63,413 nt of DNA, taken from NCBI GenBank assembly GCA_029261475.1, contig JAJDBG010000018.1, forward strand, positions 1-63,413, given 5' to 3'. Of this stretch, positions 35,449 through 43,247 are shown one piece after another. Within the stretch, counting starts at the first letter, position 1. The number at the start of each line of letters is the position of its first letter. A program made the translations under genes and the position numbers. This DNA comes from Nitrospinaceae bacterium (GTDB lineage Bacteria; Nitrospinota; Nitrospinia; Nitrospinales; VA-1). The notes under the pieces were generated by a model. It was not told the DNA's origin and made no database searches. It was given only the letters and a program-made list of their open reading frames with translations.

Positions 35449-35835
35449 TCAGGGTTGCTTCGCAAGCCTTGACTTTGTATTGGAAAACTGAGTTAATTTC
35501 TTCTGTCCCCTACTATGAAGAATCGGCCACTCAGAAGGGTCAAAAGCATAACCAAATTTTTGCTGGATTTTTTTTGCCCGTGGAATGGTCTCCAACTTCC
35601 ATTTTATCTTCTGATGGGGCTTCTTTTTGAGTGAACGTTCATAATGAAAGGCTGCCTCAGCCGTCGCAAACTTTCGAACATCAAGGAGATGCCAACCCCG
35701 GCCACGTGTCCAACCATCATTTTCGGGTGAATTATGCCAACGTAGCCTTTTCCGCAGCGCTGTTGTCGCTCCGAGGTAAACCTCACCCCGTTCACTCAAA
35801 ATTAAATAAGTCCAACCCGGCATTTTACTATACAC
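35449..35835 (-). CDS. GIY-YIG nuclease-family protein
   Basis: 128 aa. WTYLILSERGEVYLGATTALRKRLRWHN ... FHYERSLKK fits the GIY...YIG...R...E pattern. Confidence 0.55.
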   Translation of the reverse strand: MYSKMPGWTYLILSERGEVYLGATTALRKRLRWHNSPENDGWTRGRGWHLLDVRKFATAEAAFHYERSLKKKPHQKIKWKLETIPRAKKIQQKFGYAFDPSEWPILHSRGQKKLTQFSNTKSRLAKQP

Positions 35836-36264
35836 TTAAATTATTAGTTAAATTCGACTTTATTCTTCCGGCGCCATAAGTTATGACTAAAAAAGATGTT
35901 AAAAAATAAAAAGAAAGTCAACTTCTATTCTGTTTTGTAATGCTTTTCTTCACAACCGGCTGATGACACCTCTCGCTACCAAGACAGCCTCTCGGCCGTC
36001 TTTTCCCCATTTAAAACCTTTTCCCATCAAGTTCAAGATACTGCGGCTAAGGCAAGCGCGTGGCAAAGCTTGGTAAATTCCATATGTTTAAGAACGCGCA
36101 GGCCGTTAGTCTCGCAACATGAACTTGATGATTATTGTTGAATGAAATGAAAGCCATCTCTCGATAGTAAAGAGTCCTCCCGGTCAGTTGAAGTTTCCTC
36201 CATCCCTGATATACTAATTCTGAAACACAAAATACTTTCATTTACAACAAAATTAGGAGGGAAA

Positions 36265-36723
36265 ATGAATGCTGAACAAGCAAAACAAGTGCTAGATAAA
36301 ATGCTGACCACATCCCTGAACGGATGCAAAAAGGCAATGCTCGCCTACGGCAGGATTGACCACGTAATTTTATGTGTGTGTGGCACTCCAGCAGCACCGG
36401 AAATGATTGACTTTCGCAATATAGAATTCAACGGTCAGGAAGGCAAATCAGCCTTTGTAGTGCATTTAAAAGAGCGCTTTAAAGCAGAGCAAGCATGGGG
36501 TTACCTGTTGGCGCTTGAAACGTGGTTAACTGAGGGCGATGACCATAATCAAAAACGCCATGAGGCGATTATAGTAGCGGTTATCATGCCAGGTTATCAT
36601 TGCGGCGTTGCAGCGATTTTTGAGCGCGAGCCCGGATTGACTGAAAAAGTTATATTTACTGAAGAAATTCCTATCGAGCCAAGCGCAGAGCTACTCGGTT
36701 CATTTTCAACATTACTTGATTAA
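36265..36723 (+). CDS. Hypothetical protein
   Basis: 152-aa ORF with GGAGGG RBS, co-directional with the DUF2958 gene. Confidence 0.6.
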   Translation: MNAEQAKQVLDKMLTTSLNGCKKAMLAYGRIDHVILCVCGTPAAPEMIDFRNIEFNGQEGKSAFVVHLKERFKAEQAWGYLLALETWLTEGDDHNQKRHEAIIVAVIMPGYHCGVAAIFEREPGLTEKVIFTEEIPIEPSAELLGSFSTLLD

Positions 36724-36739
36724 CCGGAGGAGATGATAA

Positions 36740-37045
36740 ATGTGGAATAAACCGACAAAGGGAATATTGGATGACTTGCCGAGGCTGTACGAAACCGACG
36801 GCGTGGTTGACTGCCCGGATAAAATTGTCCGTTTGCATTTTTTCATTGGTGGCTGTGATTGGTATGCAGTAGAATTTGACGGCAAGGACACCTTCTTTGG
36901 TTTTGTTAATCTCAATGACCCAGAAATGGCTGAATGGGGTTATTTTACCCTTAGCGAACTAGATAACATAAACATCAACGGTGTAGAGGTTGATTGCGAC
37001 TTGTTCTGGTCGCCAAAAAAATTCTCAGAAATAGAGATAACATAA
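36740..37045 (+). CDS. DUF2958-family protein (common on plasmids/ICEs)
   Basis: 101 aa. LPRLYETDG...VRLHFFIGGCDWYAVEFDGKDTFFGFVNLNDPEMAEWGYFTLSEL matches the family pattern. Confidence 0.7.
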   Translation: MWNKPTKGILDDLPRLYETDGVVDCPDKIVRLHFFIGGCDWYAVEFDGKDTFFGFVNLNDPEMAEWGYFTLSELDNININGVEVDCDLFWSPKKFSEIEIT

Positions 37046-37058
37046 GGCCGCAAGCCAG

Positions 37059-37087
37059 CCCCGATAAATAAAGTCGGGGTTTTTTTA
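37059..37087 (+). terminator. Rho-independent terminator
   Basis: CCCCGATAAATAAAGTCGGGG followed by TTTTTTTT. Confidence 0.8.
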
Positions 37088-37113
37088 TTGGTTACTACAA
37101 AAATTTTAGTTTA

Positions 37114-38112
37114 TTAAGACCTGAAAATGCCAACCTGTGAATCCCCCACCACCGGCGTTTGCCAAATTGATTCAATTATTCTTTGCACCGGATTTTGCCC
37201 TAAATCCTCGTATCTAATAAACAAAAACATCCGCAGCCCGATTTTTTTCTCATCAACATCACGAGCCAATGCGATTAGATTTGCATGCTCTTTCAGGCTC
37301 ATCCCTTCAGTCACAAACAATACCCGCAGGTTTTGCGGTTCCTTGATGGCAGCATACTTGCGCTTTTTTACTTCAGCCCAGGCTGTCCATCTTTGTTGCT
37401 TATAAAAATAGTAATAGGCTTCCAGGCGATGCCGCAGACTTTTGTAGCGTGAGCGCAGACGTTTCGGGTCTTTGACAGCGCCTTTGCTGCGCTGTAATTC
37501 CAGGAAAAAATTCCGGGGTTGTAAGAAAGTATCGTGTTGGTCATCCGTTCCGGCAAGGGCAAATACCCAATCTGGGACAAGGTGGTACATGGTGTCGCGC
37601 AATGCTTCACCGCTATCGATGCTGATTTGCCTTTGCGCTCTGAAGCGGTCAACAAATTCTCTATCCTGAAATTCATACGGTACTATCAAACCTTGCTCTG
37701 TTGCAGCCCGTTTGATGATTGCCCGTATTTCGTTGAGCAGCACGGTATGCATCAGAAACGGGTGATAACCAGCCGCCAGGCGTTTGGCTTTCACTCGTTT
37801 TTTGGTGTGTTTTCGTAGTTCGGCAGCGGCTAATTCATCAAGGTAGTAGATGCAGGGTTGGCTGCCGCCGGTGTAGGTGTGTGGCGGATGCCAACGAGCC
37901 AGATAACCATGATGATAGAGCTTCTGTAAGCGATGCTGCAATGAATTTAGAGAACGGCCAAGTTGCCAGGAAATGCCCCTGGCGGTCAAATATTCGAACC
38001 GGTGTTGCGGTCCGAAAAGCTCAAGAATGGCAATATCTCGTTTTTCAAAACGTATTGGTGTGAGCTCATCCACAGGTGGTTTTTTATAGCGGGATTGTTT
38101 ATTGGCGGGCAT
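37114..38112 (-). CDS. Replication-relaxation family protein
   Basis: 332 aa. N-terminal winged-helix-like KRDIAILELFGPQHRFEYLTARGISWQLGRSLNSLQHRLQKLYHHGYLARW. Confidence 0.6.
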   Translation of the reverse strand: MPANKQSRYKKPPVDELTPIRFEKRDIAILELFGPQHRFEYLTARGISWQLGRSLNSLQHRLQKLYHHGYLARWHPPHTYTGGSQPCIYYLDELAAAELRKHTKKRVKAKRLAAGYHPFLMHTVLLNEIRAIIKRAATEQGLIVPYEFQDREFVDRFRAQRQISIDSGEALRDTMYHLVPDWVFALAGTDDQHDTFLQPRNFFLELQRSKGAVKDPKRLRSRYKSLRHRLEAYYYFYKQQRWTAWAEVKKRKYAAIKEPQNLRVLFVTEGMSLKEHANLIALARDVDEKKIGLRMFLFIRYEDLGQNPVQRIIESIWQTPVVGDSQVGIFRS

Positions 38113-38303
38113 AGGGCTTGACAGTTATTGTCATTTTAGCAATAAACGGTGATGCCGGCAACGATTTCTGATTCAATCCCGCGATACATCTCTAAGAGAT
38201 GTTGAAAAAATGATGCTCATCTCCACTCTATTCGAAGCAAATTTGTTATTATAAAAGTATACCATTCAGTAATTTTATTGCTTCTCTTCCGTGGCGACGA
38301 GCT

Positions 38304-38596
38304 GCGCGCGCGTCGATGGCCAAGGCCCTCGACTACCCCAAAATCCATCCGAGAACCACGCTCAGTAACTCAACAATCTGCAAAATCTACCACCTGTGTA
38401 TAACTTCGCTTGCGTGTGTTTCCCGGACTTGGTACTGAAGCTGGTAAAGCGCTCAGTACCTGCGGGTTTCGCTTTGCTCAACCTGGATTTTGGGGTAGTC
38501 GAGGCCCCGCAGAATGGTGGGCTATTCTAAATCTGATGACTGGAAAAGGAGAGACTTATTCGGAAACTTTCGGAAAGACGGCCTCGACGCGCGCGC
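38304..38596. other. ~290-nt region of nested, partly alternative inverted repeats upstream of the RadC-like gene
   Basis: 38304-38321 pairs with 38580-38596 (GCGCGCGCGTCGA..GGCC). 38324-38347 pairs with 38484-38508 (GGCCCTCGACTACCCCAAAATCCA / TGGATTTTGGGGTAGTCGAGGCCCC). Central hairpin at 38431-38460. Four GTCGA(N)GGCC / GGCC(N)TCGAC units. Confidence 0.6.
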
Positions 38597-38672
38597 TAAA
38601 AAATGATACCAGTTGTGCGTGACTACTGAACAATAATAGCCATGACTTTCCAAAATATGATATAATTAACAT

Positions 38673-39116
38673 ATGGATTATCTGAAACAGCTAAAAATCG
38701 AATATATTAAAACTGACATTCCGAACCCAATCCGCGGTCAGGTCGAAAAACCTGAAGACATTTACGTATTATTTAAGGATATGGAACGGTCCGATAAGGA
38801 GAAGGTCGTTGGTGTTTATTTGGATGCCCGCATGCTTATCAACAGCTTTGAGGTCGTTAGCATTGGTTCCAACAACCTTGCTTTAGTTGCGCCTAAAGAG
38901 GTCTGCAAAGGCGCTATCCTCACCAACTCTCCGAATTTCATAGTGCTGCATAACCATCCGTCCGGCGACCCGGAGCCAAGTCCCAGAGATAGGAGGGTCA
39001 TAATTCAGTTGCAATCCGCTGCAAAAGCATTGGATTTGCGCTTGATAGACTTCATCATCATTGGTGATGGTCGTTATTGGAGTTACAAAATCGGTGAGTA
39101 TTTTGCGAAAGATTGA
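38673..39116 (+). CDS. RadC-like JAB/MPN-domain protein
   Basis: 147 aa. JAMM motif context IVLHNHPSGDPEPSPRDRRV. Confidence 0.85.
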   Translation: MDYLKQLKIEYIKTDIPNPIRGQVEKPEDIYVLFKDMERSDKEKVVGVYLDARMLINSFEVVSIGSNNLALVAPKEVCKGAILTNSPNFIVLHNHPSGDPEPSPRDRRVIIQLQSAAKALDLRLIDFIIIGDGRYWSYKIGEYFAKD

Positions 39117-39174
39117 GTTGAGAAGATAGTCGTATCCGCTATGCAACTGCTAAGAGGAAACCATAATTCGGAAA

Positions 39175-41247
39175 TCACATCCGTAAATCATCCAGAAATT
39201 CCGATGCCGGTTGTACGCCGGAAACCAGCAAACGATCACGTGCTCTAGTACAGGCGACATAAAGCAGATGACGCTCGGTGCTATAGACCTCCTCAAGATC
39301 AGCATCGTCGGCCACGGTTTCGATGCGTGATTGCAGTGGGATGACTTCATCATCACAGGCTATGACGGCGACTGCGCGAAATTCCAGGCCTTTGGCTAAG
39401 TGCATGGTGCTGAGGGATACATGACCGTGTGTCGTCTCAACACTGTTATCAAGCTGTTTATAATGTACACCTGCCGCTTTTAGTGCGGAGATAGCACGCG
39501 GAAACTCTGCCTCCGAACGAACAAAAATAGCCACTTCTTCTGGTTGGATACCATCAGCGATAATTTCTGTAAGCCATTTACTGACGGCTTCAATTTCTTT
39601 TTGTGCAGACTCCCACACAATTATGTTTGGTTGCGGGCCGTTAAATACTGAAATCGCACCGCGTCGATCTTCGGTGTTGCCATCTACATCGGAAATCTCC
39701 GGCCCCAACAACTTGTCGGCTTTCTTTCTAATTTGGTGTGACGTTCTGTAGTTAATTCGCAAAATCCTTGAACGCCCACGAACGTCTACACCGAGAGCTT
39801 TCCAGGAAAAAGGCTGTTGAAAGATACGTTGCCCCAAGTCGCCTGAAAAGAAAAGACTGTCCGGATGTTCTCCGTCCATTACCGCCAGAAACCGCAATTG
39901 CGCCACACTAATATCTTGAGCCTCATCTATAACAACAAAGTCGAAAGGTCTGTTTTGGAAATCCGTAAACTTACTTCCCAATTGACCAAATATTTGCGCA
40001 TGGGTAAGAAGATTACGGCCTGAGAGTTCAGAACGCAACCTTTCAAAGATAATCCAAAGCGTCTTGCGTTGATTTTCCGGTAGTCGTGTTTTTCTTCCTA
40101 ACCTTAAAACATCCCGGTACGCTTCCCAACTATCCAGTTGCCAGGCATCGACAACTTGTTGCCACTCCGTCATCAGGAAGTTCAGCGAGAACTTGTTATC
40201 CTCGACTGTTCCTGCAATTTCATGGAGAATCTGCTTGGTGCTTTCTTCAGTGGCAATATTCGGACGACCAAAATGTAATTCGTAAAGTCTGCGGCCAATA
40301 CCGTTTATTGTATACACCTCGATTCGTTCAGCCAGGCGGGGTGTGTTGCTTATTAATCGTCGCAATTTTGTGTGTAGCACATTGGTCAATGTGTCCGAAA
40401 AAGTAGTTAGCAATATTCTGGCGTCGAGATGTTTGCGGGCAAGAAAAACCGAGCGGTGTAGGGCCACGATGGTTTTGCCAGTTCCAGCTGAACCGGCTAC
40501 ACGCGCCGCACCATTGTAATCCTGTTCAACCAATTCCCGTTGTGCGGGATGCAAAAACACGGTCCATTTTTCCCATGGAAATTCCAGGGCACGTTCGAGT
40601 TCTTCGATGTCTTTCATAACCCGGAATCGGCGCTGTGCATCGGGGTGCTCGAACGGATCTTCGGTATCCACCAGTGGTGCTGCAATTGATGGCGTCGTGC
40701 CAGTAGCTAAATCGAGTAGTGCTTCTGCGGCCTCGGCCGGGAGATGTTCTGCTAACTCGAGGACAGTATCTTCATTTGCTTTTCGGACATCTTCCAGCCA
40801 CTCGATTGGTACACCGTAACTCAGGAGTTCACTGTCTGACAGGTCGGCAAATAACAGAGGCTTTTCAGGAACGATTTCTTCTGCTTCAATATATTTTGGT
40901 GTAATTATTTCTTTGAAGGTTTCGCGGATTTGTACCAATTGAGCGGCGCCGGTTTTTGGATGTATTTCCAGCTTACGACGTTCAGCCCACTGATAAGCCT
41001 GGTCATGATGGTCGACATAACACAGAAGCAGACTCGAATCAGTTTTGTGCACAATCAGGCGGATGTCACGGCTCACTCGTACCGACCAGAAGTTAGTGTC
41101 CCTGGCTTTATCCAACTTATGAAACTGCATGCCTGGATTAGCAGGATTCATTTGTAAATCAAACGCAGTTGTTTTGACCGCTTTCTGCTCATCATTGGTG
41201 AGTTTGGCGAGGCTATCGGTAAAGGTATCTGAAATTCTAAATTCCAT
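39175..41247 (-). CDS. UvrD/PcrA-like SF1 helicase with N-terminal RelE/ParE/HigB-fold domain
   Basis: 690 aa. N-terminus QFHKLDKARDTNFWSVRVSRDIRLIVHKTDSSLLLCYVDHHDQAY. Helicase motifs GSAGTGKT, VVIDEAQD, YVACTRARDRLLVSG. Confidence 0.8.
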   Translation of the reverse strand: MEFRISDTFTDSLAKLTNDEQKAVKTTAFDLQMNPANPGMQFHKLDKARDTNFWSVRVSRDIRLIVHKTDSSLLLCYVDHHDQAYQWAERRKLEIHPKTGAAQLVQIRETFKEIITPKYIEAEEIVPEKPLLFADLSDSELLSYGVPIEWLEDVRKANEDTVLELAEHLPAEAAEALLDLATGTTPSIAAPLVDTEDPFEHPDAQRRFRVMKDIEELERALEFPWEKWTVFLHPAQRELVEQDYNGAARVAGSAGTGKTIVALHRSVFLARKHLDARILLTTFSDTLTNVLHTKLRRLISNTPRLAERIEVYTINGIGRRLYELHFGRPNIATEESTKQILHEIAGTVEDNKFSLNFLMTEWQQVVDAWQLDSWEAYRDVLRLGRKTRLPENQRKTLWIIFERLRSELSGRNLLTHAQIFGQLGSKFTDFQNRPFDFVVIDEAQDISVAQLRFLAVMDGEHPDSLFFSGDLGQRIFQQPFSWKALGVDVRGRSRILRINYRTSHQIRKKADKLLGPEISDVDGNTEDRRGAISVFNGPQPNIIVWESAQKEIEAVSKWLTEIIADGIQPEEVAIFVRSEAEFPRAISALKAAGVHYKQLDNSVETTHGHVSLSTMHLAKGLEFRAVAVIACDDEVIPLQSRIETVADDADLEEVYSTERHLLYVACTRARDRLLVSGVQPASEFLDDLRM

Positions 41248-41652
41248 AATTTAATCCTGGTCTTATAAACTAATAGGAATCAACTAAACACCATCTTTGT
41301 AGGATTCCCTAAAAAACAAAAATAAGATAGTTGCCTTACATTGATTCATTATGTTTGACATGAAACAGTAGTTTTATTTTTAGAGTTTCCTAAATACTGT
41401 AATTATATTGACTTATGCTTAACAACCGAATTATTGCACCACGCCCACCCAACTTGGCATGATAGTTGTATAGCAATTCCTAAAAAAATATTTCTTCGTA
41501 ACTTACCACTTAAAATGCAATATTTATAGCATAATTTGTTTACTTGTATTTTTAATCTTTACCTTGAATTCGTACTAAATATAGGACAAATCAAGAACCG
41601 GTTTTAATCGAAAAAGTAATAATTCGAAGCACTACATCAAAGGACTGACATC

Positions 41653-42057
41653 ATGACGGGGGATTCAACTGGATTCTGGTATTTCTTCCTTGCACTTATC
41701 GGGTGTGCAGTGATAATCGTAGTAGGTTTTCTCGTAGTAAACCAAAACACAGCAGAATCCAATCAAAAAGCTCTTATGCAGGACATTTCGCAAATTACTG
41801 GTCTTGCCCAAGTATGGCGCCGTAAAGCCGCAATCCTTGACGGAGGTGGCGGTAGTTTTCAAAGTTTAAATTTCGGCAAAATCGGTTTTAATCCTACAAA
41901 TGCCAATGGCAACTATAGTATTTCTGTACTCGCAGGTAACAAGCGTGTCAAAATAGAGGCTATTGGTAAAGCTAAAAATGGCGATTATTTTGTAAGGGTT
42001 GTTGCAATCATTGACCAAAACGGTCCACCAACATGGGATTATCTTGAGTTCGAATAG
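41653..42057 (+). CDS. Hypothetical small protein with N-terminal hydrophobic helix (pilin-like topology)
   Basis: 134-aa ORF. FWYFFLALIGCAVIIVVGFLVV followed by a soluble beta-rich part. No class III signal-peptide motif. Confidence 0.5.
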   Translation: MTGDSTGFWYFFLALIGCAVIIVVGFLVVNQNTAESNQKALMQDISQITGLAQVWRRKAAILDGGGGSFQSLNFGKIGFNPTNANGNYSISVLAGNKRVKIEAIGKAKNGDYFVRVVAIIDQNGPPTWDYLEFE

Positions 42058-42103
42058 CTGTTCAAAGCCTTTGTTAAAGGCCTTCGCATACCGCTTATTT
42101 AGT

Positions 42104-43123
42104 TTAGTAAGCATGAATATGGAAATCCATAAGCTTATTATCATCTATTATCAGAAATATATCAGGCCATGATTGTTTCATGACTAAGAAAGGCACCGGC
42201 ACATAGTCCCATCTCTCTGCATTTTCACCTTTGCCAATCTTTGGTTTCGAAACAATCCGTGGTTCTCCTAAAATATCCATGATTTCAGACACCGACATTC
42301 CTACTCGTAGAGATTTTTCTTCAATACATTTATCAATGGCTTTGTGCATTTTGTAATGCTCTGCATATCTTCTCCCAGTCTTGATTAGGACGTAGATTAT
42401 AAATGAGAAATATAAGCAACAAAGAGCTATGAATGATGCAAGCTGAAAATTAATAATCGGTTTCCCGATCTCCATTGACTGTAAAAAAGATAGACCTTGT
42501 ATAATAACTCTTGCCTCATTCGAATCTTCAATCGACGAGGGCTCAAGTGCCCACCAATTATTCAAGCCTGGAAATAGTGTATTTGATGATGAATTGTCTG
42601 CAATAAATTCTTTCCCAGAATCAGCAATCAGATTGTAAGTTATGGAGGAAGGCTCTTTGGTAAAAATGAGCATTTGGAAAACGCTAGTAGGTCTCATCTT
42701 TTCAAGAGAGACAGTTATACTTCTGTCAGAAGATTTTTCAACTACGTGCGGTTCAGAATCTTTAATAACTTCGGATGAAATGATGGACGCTGTAGTTTGT
42801 ACTAACAAACTTATATCAGTTGCAGAGCCACCATATATATGTTCGATTTTAATGCCAATCGGGTACTTATTCAGCCCTTCAAACGCAAAGAGGGGAAGGT
42901 CAATCTCGTCCAAAGATATCGACGTCACTCGTAAATTTGGTATTGACCTCAACTCTTTCTCACGCTCTTGAAAAACTCTAATTTTCTCATTCAGTCTTTC
43001 AATTTTCGTATCCACTCTGCTTTGATAAGCATAATATGCACTTGCAAAACCAATAATAAGCGACAGGAATGAAATCACAATCGTTAGTATGCGACTAACT
43101 CTCGGCTTAGATCGATTACTCAC
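42104..43123 (-). CDS. Hypothetical bitopic membrane protein with BamE/SmpA-OmlA-like C-terminal segment
   Basis: 339 aa. N-terminal TM, coiled coil, second TM FIALCCLYFSFIIYVLI, then LRVGMSVSEIMDILGEP. Confidence 0.55.
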   Translation of the reverse strand: MSNRSKPRVSRILTIVISFLSLIIGFASAYYAYQSRVDTKIERLNEKIRVFQEREKELRSIPNLRVTSISLDEIDLPLFAFEGLNKYPIGIKIEHIYGGSATDISLLVQTTASIISSEVIKDSEPHVVEKSSDRSITVSLEKMRPTSVFQMLIFTKEPSSITYNLIADSGKEFIADNSSSNTLFPGLNNWWALEPSSIEDSNEARVIIQGLSFLQSMEIGKPIINFQLASFIALCCLYFSFIIYVLIKTGRRYAEHYKMHKAIDKCIEEKSLRVGMSVSEIMDILGEPRIVSKPKIGKGENAERWDYVPVPFLVMKQSWPDIFLIIDDNKLMDFHIHAY

Positions 43124-43247
43124 AATATCACCTCTTAAATTTGAAACTAATTCGGGACTGTAAGCGCTAAGGAGTAAAATACAATTGTTATTTTGCCAAT
43201 ATTTCTATAAACCAAATACAGATTACAACTAATGTGTAGATTGCTCT

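Noticed and set aside
35397-35879. Plus-strand ORFs 35397..35630 and 35631..35879, and minus ORF 35604..35795
   Set aside because: The minus-strand 128-aa frame has a GIY-YIG-like motif set; the others are shadows. Confidence in the GIY-YIG call itself is only moderate.
38410-38622. 70-aa ORF in the structured region upstream of the RadC-like gene
   Set aside because: Gly/Trp/Ala-rich translation of GC-rich inverted repeats, with no RBS. The nucleic-acid structure explains the sequence better.
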